A stretch of 64,000 bases of DNA from a virus. The stretch lies in the IMG/VR virus record IMGVR_UViG_3300030493_000012, one strand, 5' to 3'. The notes under the pieces are model-generated. The model had not been told where the DNA came from, did not search any database, and was given only the letters and a program-made list of their open reading frames with translations. Below, in pieces: positions 39,271 to 49,773 of this stretch; positions within the stretch are counted from its first letter, which is position 1; the number at the start of each line of letters is the position of its first letter. The position numbers and the translations under genes are program-made.

Positions 39271-39299
39271 ATAATACATTTTCGGAACCTAAAAGTCAA
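39271..39299 (-). promoter_or_regulatory. Leaderless promoter immediately after the Hsp20 terminator
   Basis: TTGACT-N17(contains TTCCGAA)-TATTAT-N6-ATG(39264). Confidence 0.75.
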
Positions 39300-39300
39300 C

Positions 39301-39327
39301 AAAAAAAAGAGGCATATTCCAGCCTCT
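39301..39327 (-). terminator. Intrinsic terminator downstream of Hsp20 gene
   Basis: AGAGGC-tggaatat-GCCTCT followed by a T-run on the minus strand. Confidence 0.75.
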
Positions 39328-39351
39328 CCTTGTCTGTTGCGGCTTAACAAT

Positions 39352-39741
39352 TTAGTTAATTAGCAACTTTTTCTTTTGAGGCTTAACGGCTAATTTTGGC
39401 ACTTCGACTGTCAAAATGCCATCTTGGCATACTGCCTTTGCCTTATCTGGCACAATATTTAGCCCAACCAAAGAGCTTTTATAGTTGTACTGATAATTCT
39501 CATTAGCCGCATTAACTACAATTTGGTTTTCGTTGACCTCAACCTCAACTTTATCCTTTGAAACGCCAGCTACATTAAATGTAAAAAGATAAGAATCAAC
39601 GGTTTCCGTCATTTTTCTTACGTCCTCAAATGCTTTTCTTAGATAGTCAATGTAAGGTTTATTTGCTATTTCAAACGACTCAAGCAAAGAAATGCCGAGA
39701 TTAGGATTCCAGTCTGTTCTGCCTACTAACCAGTTATTCAT
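39352..39741 (-). CDS. Small heat-shock protein (Hsp20/alpha-crystallin)
   Basis: FTFNVAGVSKDKVEVEV...IVV...AKAVCQDGILTVEVPK. Confidence 0.85.
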   Translation of the reverse strand: MNNWLVGRTDWNPNLGISLLESFEIANKPYIDYLRKAFEDVRKMTETVDSYLFTFNVAGVSKDKVEVEVNENQIVVNAANENYQYNYKSSLVGLNIVPDKAKAVCQDGILTVEVPKLAVKPQKKKLLIN

Positions 39742-40473
39742 ATTTTTTTATTCAAAACCTGCGAGTTTTGGCTTTTTGTACCACCGTGGCACAAATATCT
39801 AGCCTAGACTAGCATTGTTAATCTTTATTAGCAGCCGGTGTGCCAACTAAATCGCTGTTTGGATAAGTATTTACAAAATAGGCGAGCCAATCTTGGTCTG
39901 TCATCACATCTTTATTCCAGTCTTTTTTCAAAACTAAACAATTATAGATTTTTTCTAATATTTCCGTGCTGCCTTCGCCAAAATCAAGTTGTCCTACAGT
40001 ATCGTGAAACCTATGCCCTGCAACATAGGCGGCTCTGGTATTTCCGTCATCTTCATAAGAAGCTGCAATACCGTTTAATTCGTAAGTCGTTGCGCCAAAA
40101 GCACTTTTAGCTTGATTTGTTAATTTCCCTGCTTTGGTTACAAATCCGAAAATTTCTTCAAATAGTTCAATATGTGTCATATTATTTTTTCTTTAATTCT
40201 TCAAAATATTCAAACCAACTTAACTTAGAAAGTCTAACATATTCTCGCGCCGATTTCAAGATTTCTTTTTGGTTATTTCCAGAGGCCACAGTATGTTCTT
40301 CAACAAAATCAAAATCAATTCTTTTATTTCCATCGCTCCAATAAGAGGTTTTGTCAGCGGCGGTATTTTTATTAAATCCAATAATTACAAACTTGCGTTT
40401 TTTAAGAGGCGCGGAAATCCTAATTGTATCGCATTTTAGGATTCTTTTAAGTTTTTTCTCAAAATTAGACATT

Positions 40474-40947
40474 TTATTTATTCGTTATTGTCATAGTCCA
40501 AACCGGATTACTTAAAAACATCTGATTTGTTGTTACATAAATATTAGTGACGCCATTAGTATCAACAGCACCAAAATTATACAACTGAATTTTAGGATAA
40601 ATATCAAAATTTTGTGCGCTGCTTGTATTTGCGCCAGATAAATAAAATTCTTGACCATATTCTAAGACCAGCGTTTGCTCTTTGCCTTTGTGTTTTAGCT
40701 TGACCACGGTATTTGTTTGAATATAGCCTTGAAAATTCTCAATCGGTGGATGATTAACTAAACACCCCATAACGGCACAATCATAATAAGTAGTCGAAAC
40801 CTTGTGCCAGTTTGTTTGAATTTGAGTAGATAAAACTCCAACTACAATGTTTGTTGGCGAGACTCTGTAATGGTTAGTGTCAACTTTTGGACTATTTTGA
40901 GCCGCCAAACTGACCGCTAAAAATGGTAGAATTAGGTATTTTAACAT
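40474..40947 (-). CDS. Exported Thr-Asn-rich protein
   Basis: Signal peptide MLKYLILPFLAVSLAAQ; 8 TN dipeptides in 157 aa. Confidence 0.7.
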   Translation of the reverse strand: MLKYLILPFLAVSLAAQNSPKVDTNHYRVSPTNIVVGVLSTQIQTNWHKVSTTYYDCAVMGCLVNHPPIENFQGYIQTNTVVKLKHKGKEQTLVLEYGQEFYLSGANTSSAQNFDIYPKIQLYNFGAVDTNGVTNIYVTTNQMFLSNPVWTMTITNK

Positions 40948-43852
40948 AAATTAGATATATTTAATAACCTCAACCTTTTCTGCAAAAACTTCGATAAAAA
41001 CAGGCTCATCGTATTCATAAGCCCGCTGTTCTTGACATTCCGTTGAGCCGACTGAATAATAGCTCTCAAAAAATTTGCCATCAGCAACACGCTTGACAAC
41101 TATTCTTTTGACTGTTGACCACCTTGTTTGGTCGGAAAGCTCTGTTAAGACTTCCTCAAAATTCGGATTGTCATTATAAGCAATATTTCGCGCTTGGTCT
41201 TTAGTGAATGTTATTTTTTCGCGTTGTTTTTCCATATTATTAAAATCCTTCTTTTTCTGCAAATTCAAGCGCATCTTTTATTTGATTTTTATTTTTAAGA
41301 GCAAGCACCAATTGTTCTATAAGTAATTCATAGTCATCAATCTTCAAAATAGCCTCGTCAACAACTTCTTGTGCCTTTTTGTCATTATTTTCGCGCAAAT
41401 AAGCCGATAGGTTATGGAGTTCCGAAAATAGCTCTGAATTTTCTTCATTCATTTTGATTTTGCCTCAATTATGCCGACCGCCGTACAAACTAACAAAACA
41501 ACCATAAGAATAACTCCATTTGAACCAAATTTACTATGAATAAACATAAAACCCTGAGAAACAAGAATGGCCAAAAAATAAATACAAATTATGATAGCCA
41601 ATCCAATAGAAAAACCTTTTATAAATTTCTTAATCATAGATTTTTAACAAAAACCACAATATCAGGTATATTCTTAAATTCCTTAAAAATACTGTGCCGC
41701 GCACTTTCTAATACTAAAACATAATCATCTTTGTATTTTAAAACCCTCCAAAAACCACATTCAGCAGTGTGTAGCTCGCCAATTTCAAGATTATTCATTC
41801 TTTCTAAATCCAAAGAAGTTGGCGAGTAGTCTGGTTTGTTTTCGGAATTAGTCATAATTTAAGGCCAAGTTTTTGAGCCATCTCTTTTTGTTCTTCCGGT
41901 GGCCAGTCTTTTAAAGTATAACTGGCTGCATTAAAAAATCCTTTTAGCGTCTTGTATTTGCTTAAGCGAACATCACCAAGACTGTCTTCAAATTCTTCAA
42001 ACGATTCATCAGGCTTAACAATATCATAAATCTGTCCGGTTGATAAATTTGGCCTTTCAGGCTTTTGCTCAACAATATCAGAGACAACAACTTTATTAAT
42101 TCTTTCTAACTTCTTAACTGGCCGATATTTGCAAATAAAACATTTATCACCAATGAGACTAAAATCAGTAGTTTCGGCCAACTTAATAGCCTCTTCTAAA
42201 GATTCAAACGCATCATCAAAGATTGGCTCAAAATTTTCGTCCGTGATTACATATAATGATTTCATATTTTTTTAATTTTGTTCAATATCCAACCATGCCA
42301 AATATTGCTCAACCCATTCTTCGATAAATTTAGGCTTGTCTATTTCTAAATGCTTCATATTTTCGGCATAGGCGTCAAAATGTCCAACAATCAAATCCTT
42401 AAACTCTTCAATAGACAGTTTTTCTGAATAAAATTCGTCTGTAATGTTTTTTCTAATTGGTTTCCCGAATAGTGTTCTCATATTTTTAATGAATAACCGC
42501 TCTTTTAATTTGCAATTGTTCAATCTTTTTAACTTCGCTTAAATCTAGTTTAACCTTATTACTGGACAAAAACCAGCCTTTATAATGTAATCTTTTACCA
42601 TTCAAAACTTCGGCAAAGTGGAATTTGGCATTTTCGTAATTGGGAAAAATACGCTTGCAAAAGGATGTAATTGACTTAGCTCGAACGCTTTGGTTTGTTA
42701 GATAGAATTTGAATGATACAGGCTTGCTTTTTATCAAGCTAGTTGTACACTGCTTGCAAACACCTGTTCTTTTCACGGTTTTATTTGGATTTTGTGATTT
42801 AATTTGTTTCCTACATTTTAAGCATTTAAAAGAATGTTCGTAATAATAAGTTCCGCCTTCTCTTTTCTTTAAAATTCCAACAGATTTCATATTTCGATTC
42901 TAAGTTTTATCAGCAGTTTTGTCAATAGTTTTAATTGTATAACCAACACATTTTAAGCCGCACCAATTCCATTCAATTCTTTGAGTTTCAGGATTAATCC
43001 AAGCGCCATTTTGCGCGGTCAAATAAGGATTATTATCTGGAAAAGGAACAAATACTAAGTTTTCGGCTGTTGTGTAAGAGTTCATAAAATCAAGACGTTG
43101 ATTATAAGCAAACTTGGCATCCTCTAAAACTTTTCGTAACCACGGTTTAGGTCTTCCCATATTTTTTTTATTATAAAATTATTGGCAAAAATCCAACAAA
43201 ATCACTAACCATCCATATTTTTGGATTTTTAATCACAAAAGAGCCTAATCTATATTCCTCAACTCCAAAAAACAAATCAGCCAATTCATGAAAGGTCTTG
43301 TCCGACTTTACAGGCACGGCAACATAATTGTCGCCCGATAAGATATAGTTATACATAATCAATTAATATGGTTAATATAATACCTCTCAATAGCTTCATT
43401 ATCAAGCTTTTGTAGTTGAGTCAAACATTGTTCAAGATGATAACAAGAAGACTCTTTTTTTAGATAGTCTAAAATAAAGCCAACAAACAAAGTTGATTTT
43501 ACCCAGCCTAAATCATTAAATGGAATTTGCCATTGAAAATTCGCCTCTGGTCTTGGTGTTAATTCTGATTCGTCAATTAAAGCCTCAAATTCTGAAACTT
43601 TAGTTTTAATTCTCAACAATTCTTTGTCAATTTCAGCCTTAAGATGTTCACGGCGGTATTTGACACTCGCTAAATGGTCTTTCAAATTCGGCATAGTTTT
43701 TTAATGTACAGTGTTGTGCTATTTCAGTTCTTATACTACCACTGATAGTTTCGAATGTCAATCCACAAAAACAATGACTTTTGCGCTCTGGTAATGTTTT
43801 GAATCTAAAATTTGGACATTCAAAGCACGAATTTATCTGTCTAACCATAAAT

Positions 43853-44395
43853 TTAGCGGAATTTGACATCTACTAATTTCCAATATTTGTTATTTATCGC
43901 TTCTGCACCAGAGTCAATTCTTAGAATATGATTGATTAAGGAATCTAAAGACTCAAAGATGTTTTCGTGAGGCAAAACCCCAAATAGCCAGCTTGGAATT
44001 TTAGCTTTGTCCTCTGTGAAAATGAAAACTGGCTTTCTTTGGTTTATGGCTAAGAAAATTTCGTGATAAGTGCCACAAGTATAAACATTTGGGTCAATGT
44101 GTGCAATCAGAAAATCGCATTTATCAACCATTGAAAGGTCACGGCGCACAATTTGTTTCATTAAGCTCGAAACCCCATCAAAATCTCTTGATTCTAAGCA
44201 GGCTTTTATTTGAGCCTTCAAAGCAGAATCTTCCAGCCGAAAATTCAGAAAAGGAGTTGTTAATGGCGACCAAACAATTATTTTGGCTTTCTTGAGTTTT
44301 TTCGCCACGGTCTTGCGCCAAACATCTTCACCTTTTTTGGCAAATTGGATTGGGCCAGCACAATAGACTCTGGTTTTGCTTAAGAAATTATTCAT
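43853..44395 (-). CDS. Nucleoside 2-deoxyribosyltransferase-like protein
   Basis: VYCAGPI...RDLSMVDKCDFLIA...GTYHEIFLA...KPV. Confidence 0.8.
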   Translation of the reverse strand: MNNFLSKTRVYCAGPIQFAKKGEDVWRKTVAKKLKKAKIIVWSPLTTPFLNFRLEDSALKAQIKACLESRDFDGVSSLMKQIVRRDLSMVDKCDFLIAHIDPNVYTCGTYHEIFLAINQRKPVFIFTEDKAKIPSWLFGVLPHENIFESLDSLINHILRIDSGAEAINNKYWKLVDVKFR

Positions 44396-45783
44396 TTAAG
44401 TTTTAATTCTGAAAATCTCAATTTCCTCAATGTTAATCCTATCTGGATAACCCGTATAAAAACTACTGTCTCTTAATTCTAAAATCTCAAGGTCTGGCAA
44501 AAATAATTGGACTTGACTATAAAGCAAAGTCTTAGAGTCGGAATTTTCCCATCGCCAAAAAATCCATTTTCGGTCTAAATCTAGCTTTTCAGGGTTTTTG
44601 ATTGGTTTAGCCATAAATCATTGCTCTTGAAGTTTGGAGCCACATTTTGTGCAGAAAATCGCTGGCATAACAAGCATTTGGTCATTTGCTGTACCAGCTA
44701 CAATTTTACTCACACGCCTAAACTTCATACCTTTCTGGAATATTGCAGAACCGCAAGCACAAACAACCTGCGTGGAGTTTTCTTCTGTAATTTTTGGCAT
44801 TTGAGGTTTTGGCTCGTTGAATGGTAAGTTAATAATGTTGTTTTTCATTTTTTATATATTTTTTGTTTGTTTAATTATGTCAGAAAGAATCTCAAGGTTG
44901 AAAGATGATTTTGGCTCTCCGTTTTCACAAACAACAAACCAGTCATCAGACACTTGGACAATAGTTGTGTTTTCAAACCTCAAAGATTTCATTTCTTTAC
45001 CGGCTTTAATAACTATATCCATCAGGCGACCAGTTGTTTCTAGATTGTCCATATTTTATCGAAATACTGCTTTATACTCTTTCATATAAACAGTGGCGTT
45101 TTTATCTTCAAAATCGGCAAGCCGCCTGTTGATTTCGGCCTTAATTTCGGAACATAGCTTACAACTTGGCAATTCGCCATCTTCTGCCTTCCAAGCCTTT
45201 TTGTTCAGAAAATAATTGGCCTTTTCCATTCTTTCGCTGCGAGCATAAAGTTTCTGCAACTGTTTGATATTAAGAGACTTGAGTTTTTCAGGCTGTTCAA
45301 AACTTAAATAGCCGCCAGCTTTGTATTTATTGAATGTTAGGTTCATTTTTTTTAATTACAATTCCAATATCGTCGTTGCATAAAGCGCCAAATACTTTAT
45401 TTTGTAAGTACCGCTCCATTTTCGGGTCTGGATTGTCTAGGTATTCTACAACCGAATCGCCAAGACGCCTGACGCATTTTAAACACCAGCCATCGTCAGA
45501 ATGTGGACAGTTTTGCATCCAAGGTATCATATCTTTTAAGATTAAGTTATAAGGTTAAAAACCACTCTTTCAAATGTTGAAATAAAGACTTATGATGTTC
45601 TTGCTCGCTGCCAAGCAAAGGATTTCTGATAATTTTAACAAAACCATGTTCCTCGCAAATGCCTCCATAATGCTTGCCTCGGCCACTTAATTTCCATCTT
45701 AAGTCAACGCCGCAAAATGGACAGTTCGCTTTGATTAATTCCATAGTTCGATGATAAACCTTTCAGCCAAGAAAGTCAACTAT

Positions 45784-46068
45784 TTAAAGAGGATAAAACG
45801 AAAAGTTATTGGTTTTAATATTTTCTTTGTACTTATTGGTCAATATTTGCCACTCTGCATCTGAAAATTTAATCAAAACCGCGCCATTTACCTGAATATA
45901 TTGTCTATTTGTTAAAACTAAAACCGGAGATTTCCAGTGGTAATCATTAGTAAGAACAAATTTCGAGCTAATATAATACTTGGTATTGTCAGAAACTTCT
46001 TCTTTTACATGCTGACTTAAAGCAGCAGCCGCAAATCCGAAAATAAGGATGTAAAGGTATTTTTTCAT
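45784..46068 (-). CDS. Exported Thr-Asn-rich small protein
   Basis: Signal peptide MKKYLYILIFGFAAAALS; LTND, LTNR, LTNK, KTNN. Confidence 0.65.
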   Translation of the reverse strand: MKKYLYILIFGFAAAALSQHVKEEVSDNTKYYISSKFVLTNDYHWKSPVLVLTNRQYIQVNGAVLIKFSDAEWQILTNKYKENIKTNNFSFYPL

Positions 46069-46358
46069 TCTTTAGAAAAAGCGATTATAAAAGCAAAAGT
46101 TAGGTAGATTAATAGCATTTTAGATTCTTTTGTTCAGAAAGGCAAGAAATTTTGAATTAAATTCGGGCACTTTGAAAAGACAACAAAGACAGAAAAAACA
46201 AGAAATAGCCAAGCCTAAGAAACCAAAAAAGGAGAAAATAAGAATAAAAGGAACATCCAAACTTGTCACACCTTCTTCTTCGCCTGCGTGTACATAAACT
46301 CTTGATATAAAGAGTGCCCCCAATAAACCACAAAGCCAATATAAAATATAATATAGAA

Positions 46359-47075
46359 TCATAAAAATTTAATCTCAACATTACCTTCCTTGTCTATCAT
46401 AAGATAAGTATAAACCTTTGCGGCCCAAGTGTCAATACAATAGTCGCCATTCTCTGTTTTGGCGGGGCTGAAAATCGGGCTGTGACCAAAGATTTGTTTT
46501 AAACCAGTAATTGGTTCAAATTCTCTTGAGAAGTCATCCCAGAGTAGTCCACCGTATGGTCTATAACCGCCTCTGGCTCTACCGGCCTCAAAAAACCAAT
46601 GACTCTTGCCGCCAAACAAAGCCTTTCGCGCTTCTGGTTCTTGTTCTTTCAAAAATTTTAATGGTTCAGCGCCAACTGGCAATAGCTTGTTATTAAAACC
46701 GGCGTGAGAAAACAAAAAGCCGTTTTCGTGGTGGAAGAACCTCATTCTCTTAAAATCAGCCATTTTTAAAATCTTCTTAATTGCCTTCTCTTTTTGTGGA
46801 GTATAGCCGGAACAGCGGCAGGTATTTGGAGAAATGTATGAGGTCGTGTGATTCCCAAGAATACAAATGGTCTTTTTATCGTATAGTTTAGCTTTTAACC
46901 ATTCCGCCGCTTCCATATTTTGTCTTGGCGTATCGTACCAGTTATCGAATTCATCACCGAGCGAAATATGCAGGTCATAATTCCCCTTTTCCTTCTCAAG
47001 TATTTGGTCAACAAATTGAAAAAAGGTGTGGAAATCCGGCGTTATAATCAACCTGTGTTTATAAATATTTTTCAA
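46359..47075 (-). CDS. Calcineurin-like metallophosphoesterase
   Basis: DxH (PDFH), GDxxD (LGDEFD), GNH, FSHAG, GHS motifs. Confidence 0.9.
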   Translation of the reverse strand: MKNIYKHRLIITPDFHTFFQFVDQILEKEKGNYDLHISLGDEFDNWYDTPRQNMEAAEWLKAKLYDKKTICILGNHTTSYISPNTCRCSGYTPQKEKAIKKILKMADFKRMRFFHHENGFLFSHAGFNNKLLPVGAEPLKFLKEQEPEARKALFGGKSHWFFEAGRARGGYRPYGGLLWDDFSREFEPITGLKQIFGHSPIFSPAKTENGDYCIDTWAAKVYTYLMIDKEGNVEIKFL

Positions 47076-48129
47076 TCAATTTTCTGTAATTCTTCTCGCT
47101 CAATTTATTTTTACCTTTAATCTCAAAAATAAAACTTGAGTTTTCCTTATTTTCGGCTAATACTTTGATAGCAAAATCTTTCTGTGATAATTCCTTGTTC
47201 TGGTCTATATATTTTCTGAAAACACCAATTTGGTCGCCTGCATATCTTTTAGCCTCCAGAATCTTCAAAATAAATCCTTCAACCAGCAAAAAACACTCAT
47301 AATCAAATTCCTTAATCAGCAAGTTCCGAAAATCACTATATTGAGGATAACCGAATTTGCAATAAAGGTCAAGTGTATGTTCTAGGCTGGCTTGGCTCTT
47401 GAATCTGTGTTTTAGCAAATAGGCGGCTGCTTTAATCTTATGTAACGACTGACCATTATTTGAGTATAGAACAACGCCTTCTTTGTCTTGCCATTTTGAG
47501 ACATTATCAATTAGCTCGTTGATAGAGCCAAAAGTAAAATATTCAGGTCTTTTTAAATCATTATCTCTAGCAAAACAGTCCAGAGTGGTTTGCTTCCACA
47601 AAGAGTAATCTTCGTGTTCAACCGCGCCAATAAATATAAAATCCGGCTCTGAATAGTCTAAGATAATCTTGTTAGTCGGGCTAACCCATTCAAACAATAA
47701 ACTAGAAGTCCAAGTTTCAAGATTTTTGGTGGCTTCAAGTATTGGATTTAGGTAATTGCGTAAAATGACCAATTCGTGGCTATTTTCATGAATGTTGGCA
47801 TCAAATGTATTTCTGGTTCTGATAATTAGCTCATTTTTATATTTAGAAACAACAATTAATGAGCCGTCCATTTTCGTAACAATCGAGCAATTATCTAAAT
47901 TTTCAGGAACAGGAAATTCTTTCGGATTTTCGGACAGCGAAACAAACTTAGGAAATCCGGCTGAAACAATTTCACCATTTTCGTTGCATATAACCGACCT
48001 CAATACCTTATTTTGCTGAGTCCAATCTGGATTGCCAATAGGATTAATTAAAAAGCATTTATCACCAGCTATTATTTTTTCTTTAATGCTGAAATTTTCT
48101 TTGTCTATATTTAAAAGGTCAATTTTCAC
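47059..48129 (-). CDS. T4 Rnl1-like RNA ligase
   Basis: RSVI...GFPKF; motif I TKMDGSLI; LLFEWVSP.N.I; EGVVL; KIK. Confidence 0.85.
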   Translation of the reverse strand: MKIDLLNIDKENFSIKEKIIAGDKCFLINPIGNPDWTQQNKVLRSVICNENGEIVSAGFPKFVSLSENPKEFPVPENLDNCSIVTKMDGSLIVVSKYKNELIIRTRNTFDANIHENSHELVILRNYLNPILEATKNLETWTSSLLFEWVSPTNKIILDYSEPDFIFIGAVEHEDYSLWKQTTLDCFARDNDLKRPEYFTFGSINELIDNVSKWQDKEGVVLYSNNGQSLHKIKAAAYLLKHRFKSQASLEHTLDLYCKFGYPQYSDFRNLLIKEFDYECFLLVEGFILKILEAKRYAGDQIGVFRKYIDQNKELSQKDFAIKVLAENKENSSFIFEIKGKNKLSEKNYRKLIEKYL

Positions 48130-48373
48130 TATTTTGGCCTATTTCAACTTTTGCTGAAACGGAATATATAACTAAAACCATCCAGTGTTTCTAATTGAAG
48201 CGCGGCATATTCTTTGTCCATGTCAGAAAAGACCTTATAATAATCTTCACGAAATCCATATTTGTGATAAGCCAAAGCTATAAACAGGCCAATACTGACG
48301 CTCTTACCTGTCTCGTCGCCAAAAAATCTAAATCCATTATCTTTAAATTTCTTGATTGTTTTTTCTAGTTTGT

Positions 48374-48757
48374 TCATTGGATAAAAAAGGCATTGCTTGG
48401 GCTGTTATATACAATCCGTCCATAACCATTAGTTAAATACAGCAAATTAGTCTCAACACACAAATTATATTGCCGCCCGTTGTGAGCCATAACCATGAAC
48501 AATTGTGCATAGACGCCACCATTCAAGATGCAATTATTGGTATGAGGATAAACAATATTAGTTGACATTGTTGAATTTGTGATTGGCACGAAACTATGCC
48601 AGTTTGTGGCTAGATTGACAACATAAATGCCGTTTGGGCGCATTGATTGTTGATTAAAGTATTGAGTTTGGTTTTGGCTATTTTTATGGACTTTATAGCC
48701 GGTGAACATTATAACAGCTAGTGCTGCTGCTAGGAGTGCGTTTTGTAGTTTAGTCAT
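48374..48757 (-). CDS. Membrane-anchored Thr-Asn-rich protein
   Basis: N-terminal hydrophobic helix; 6 TN dipeptides in 127 aa. Confidence 0.65.
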   Translation of the reverse strand: MTKLQNALLAAALAVIMFTGYKVHKNSQNQTQYFNQQSMRPNGIYVVNLATNWHSFVPITNSTMSTNIVYPHTNNCILNGGVYAQLFMVMAHNGRQYNLCVETNLLYLTNGYGRIVYNSPSNAFFIQ

Positions 48758-49296
48758 AGTTTTTAATTACAAAGACAAAAGGTTGTTGATATACTGCCTT
48801 GGAACGTGTCATAAAGACGGAATTTACGAGAATCAAACATTAGTTTATATAATTCTGCACATGTAACACCATTATAAACACTACGGTTTAATGAAGACTG
48901 AATTTGTTTAATTGTACGAGTTCCGTTGTTTGATAAATACTTGAAAACTCGCGCTTCTAGTTCTTTATTTACTTGGCTTTTAATGCTTTCGGAACTTTTG
49001 ATTTTAAGTTTCTTGTTGACTGAGGAAAATATCGAATCAAATACTTCGTCCAGATTATCTAATTTGGCTGGTTCATTAAAAGTTACCGCCTCTGGAACTA
49101 ACTCGATTTTAAAATCAGGCTGTTTTGGTGGCGCAGCATAGTGCCAGTTTGAACCGTCATAGCTAACCATCTCTTCCACAAAACCATCGGTATCAACAAA
49201 AAATTTAGAACAAACATGTTGATTTGAAGGCCAAGCCGGGTCTTCCGTGTACATTTTGTTTTTTAAGGAGTAGATTTTGTATTTCATCTTTATAGT

Positions 49297-49773
49297 TTAG
49301 CTGAGTTTGCAGGTTTTGTCAATCACTTTTCTCAAATACGGAGAATAAGAAATCATCGCCGGAGACACCATCCACGGCTCGATATTTTTCAAAATCGGCA
49401 CAGCCTTATTGATGGCGGCAAATACAAGTTCGGAGCAAAACCATTTTTGCTTGCTCTTTCTATGCTCTTGTTGGCGTGTCAAGAACCTAATTAGCATGGT
49501 AAAATCATACTTTTTGCCAATCTGTTCTTCCAAAAAATCCTTAATTTGTTTTTTATTATTGTTGACAATCGGCCAAATACACTCGAATTTGTCATAAGGT
49601 GTTTTAGCATAATGCATTAGCGCGACACCAACTGGCATTTTAACCACTCCTTTGCCTACAGCCTCATACAGATTGCCGTCAATTTCAATAGCGGCATGGC
49701 TGTATTCAGACCGACTTTGGAATTGAATCAATTTGCTGATAAGGTTGGTGCCTTTAAAAAGATAGATTATCAT
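49297..49773 (-). CDS. YiiX/YebB-like permuted papain-fold (NlpC/P60) enzyme
   Basis: YSHAAI...LYEA...GKKYDF...WFCSELV (His before Cys). Confidence 0.8.
   Translation of the reverse strand: MIIYLFKGTNLISKLIQFQSRSEYSHAAIEIDGNLYEAVGKGVVKMPVGVALMHYAKTPYDKFECIWPIVNNNKKQIKDFLEEQIGKKYDFTMLIRFLTRQQEHRKSKQKWFCSELVFAAINKAVPILKNIEPWMVSPAMISYSPYLRKVIDKTCKLS

Larger units (their letters stand above)
39818..46362 (-). other. Operon-like run of about 30 small hypothetical and membrane ORFs
   Basis: ORF track; overlapping stop/start junctions; A-rich regions upstream of ATG without obvious Shine-Dalgarno. Confidence 0.65.

Noticed and set aside
39742-39817. CIRCE/HrcA operator upstream of Hsp20
   Set aside because: No TTAGCACTC-N9-GAGTGCTAA-like inverted repeat; CTAGCCTAGACTAG is not a match
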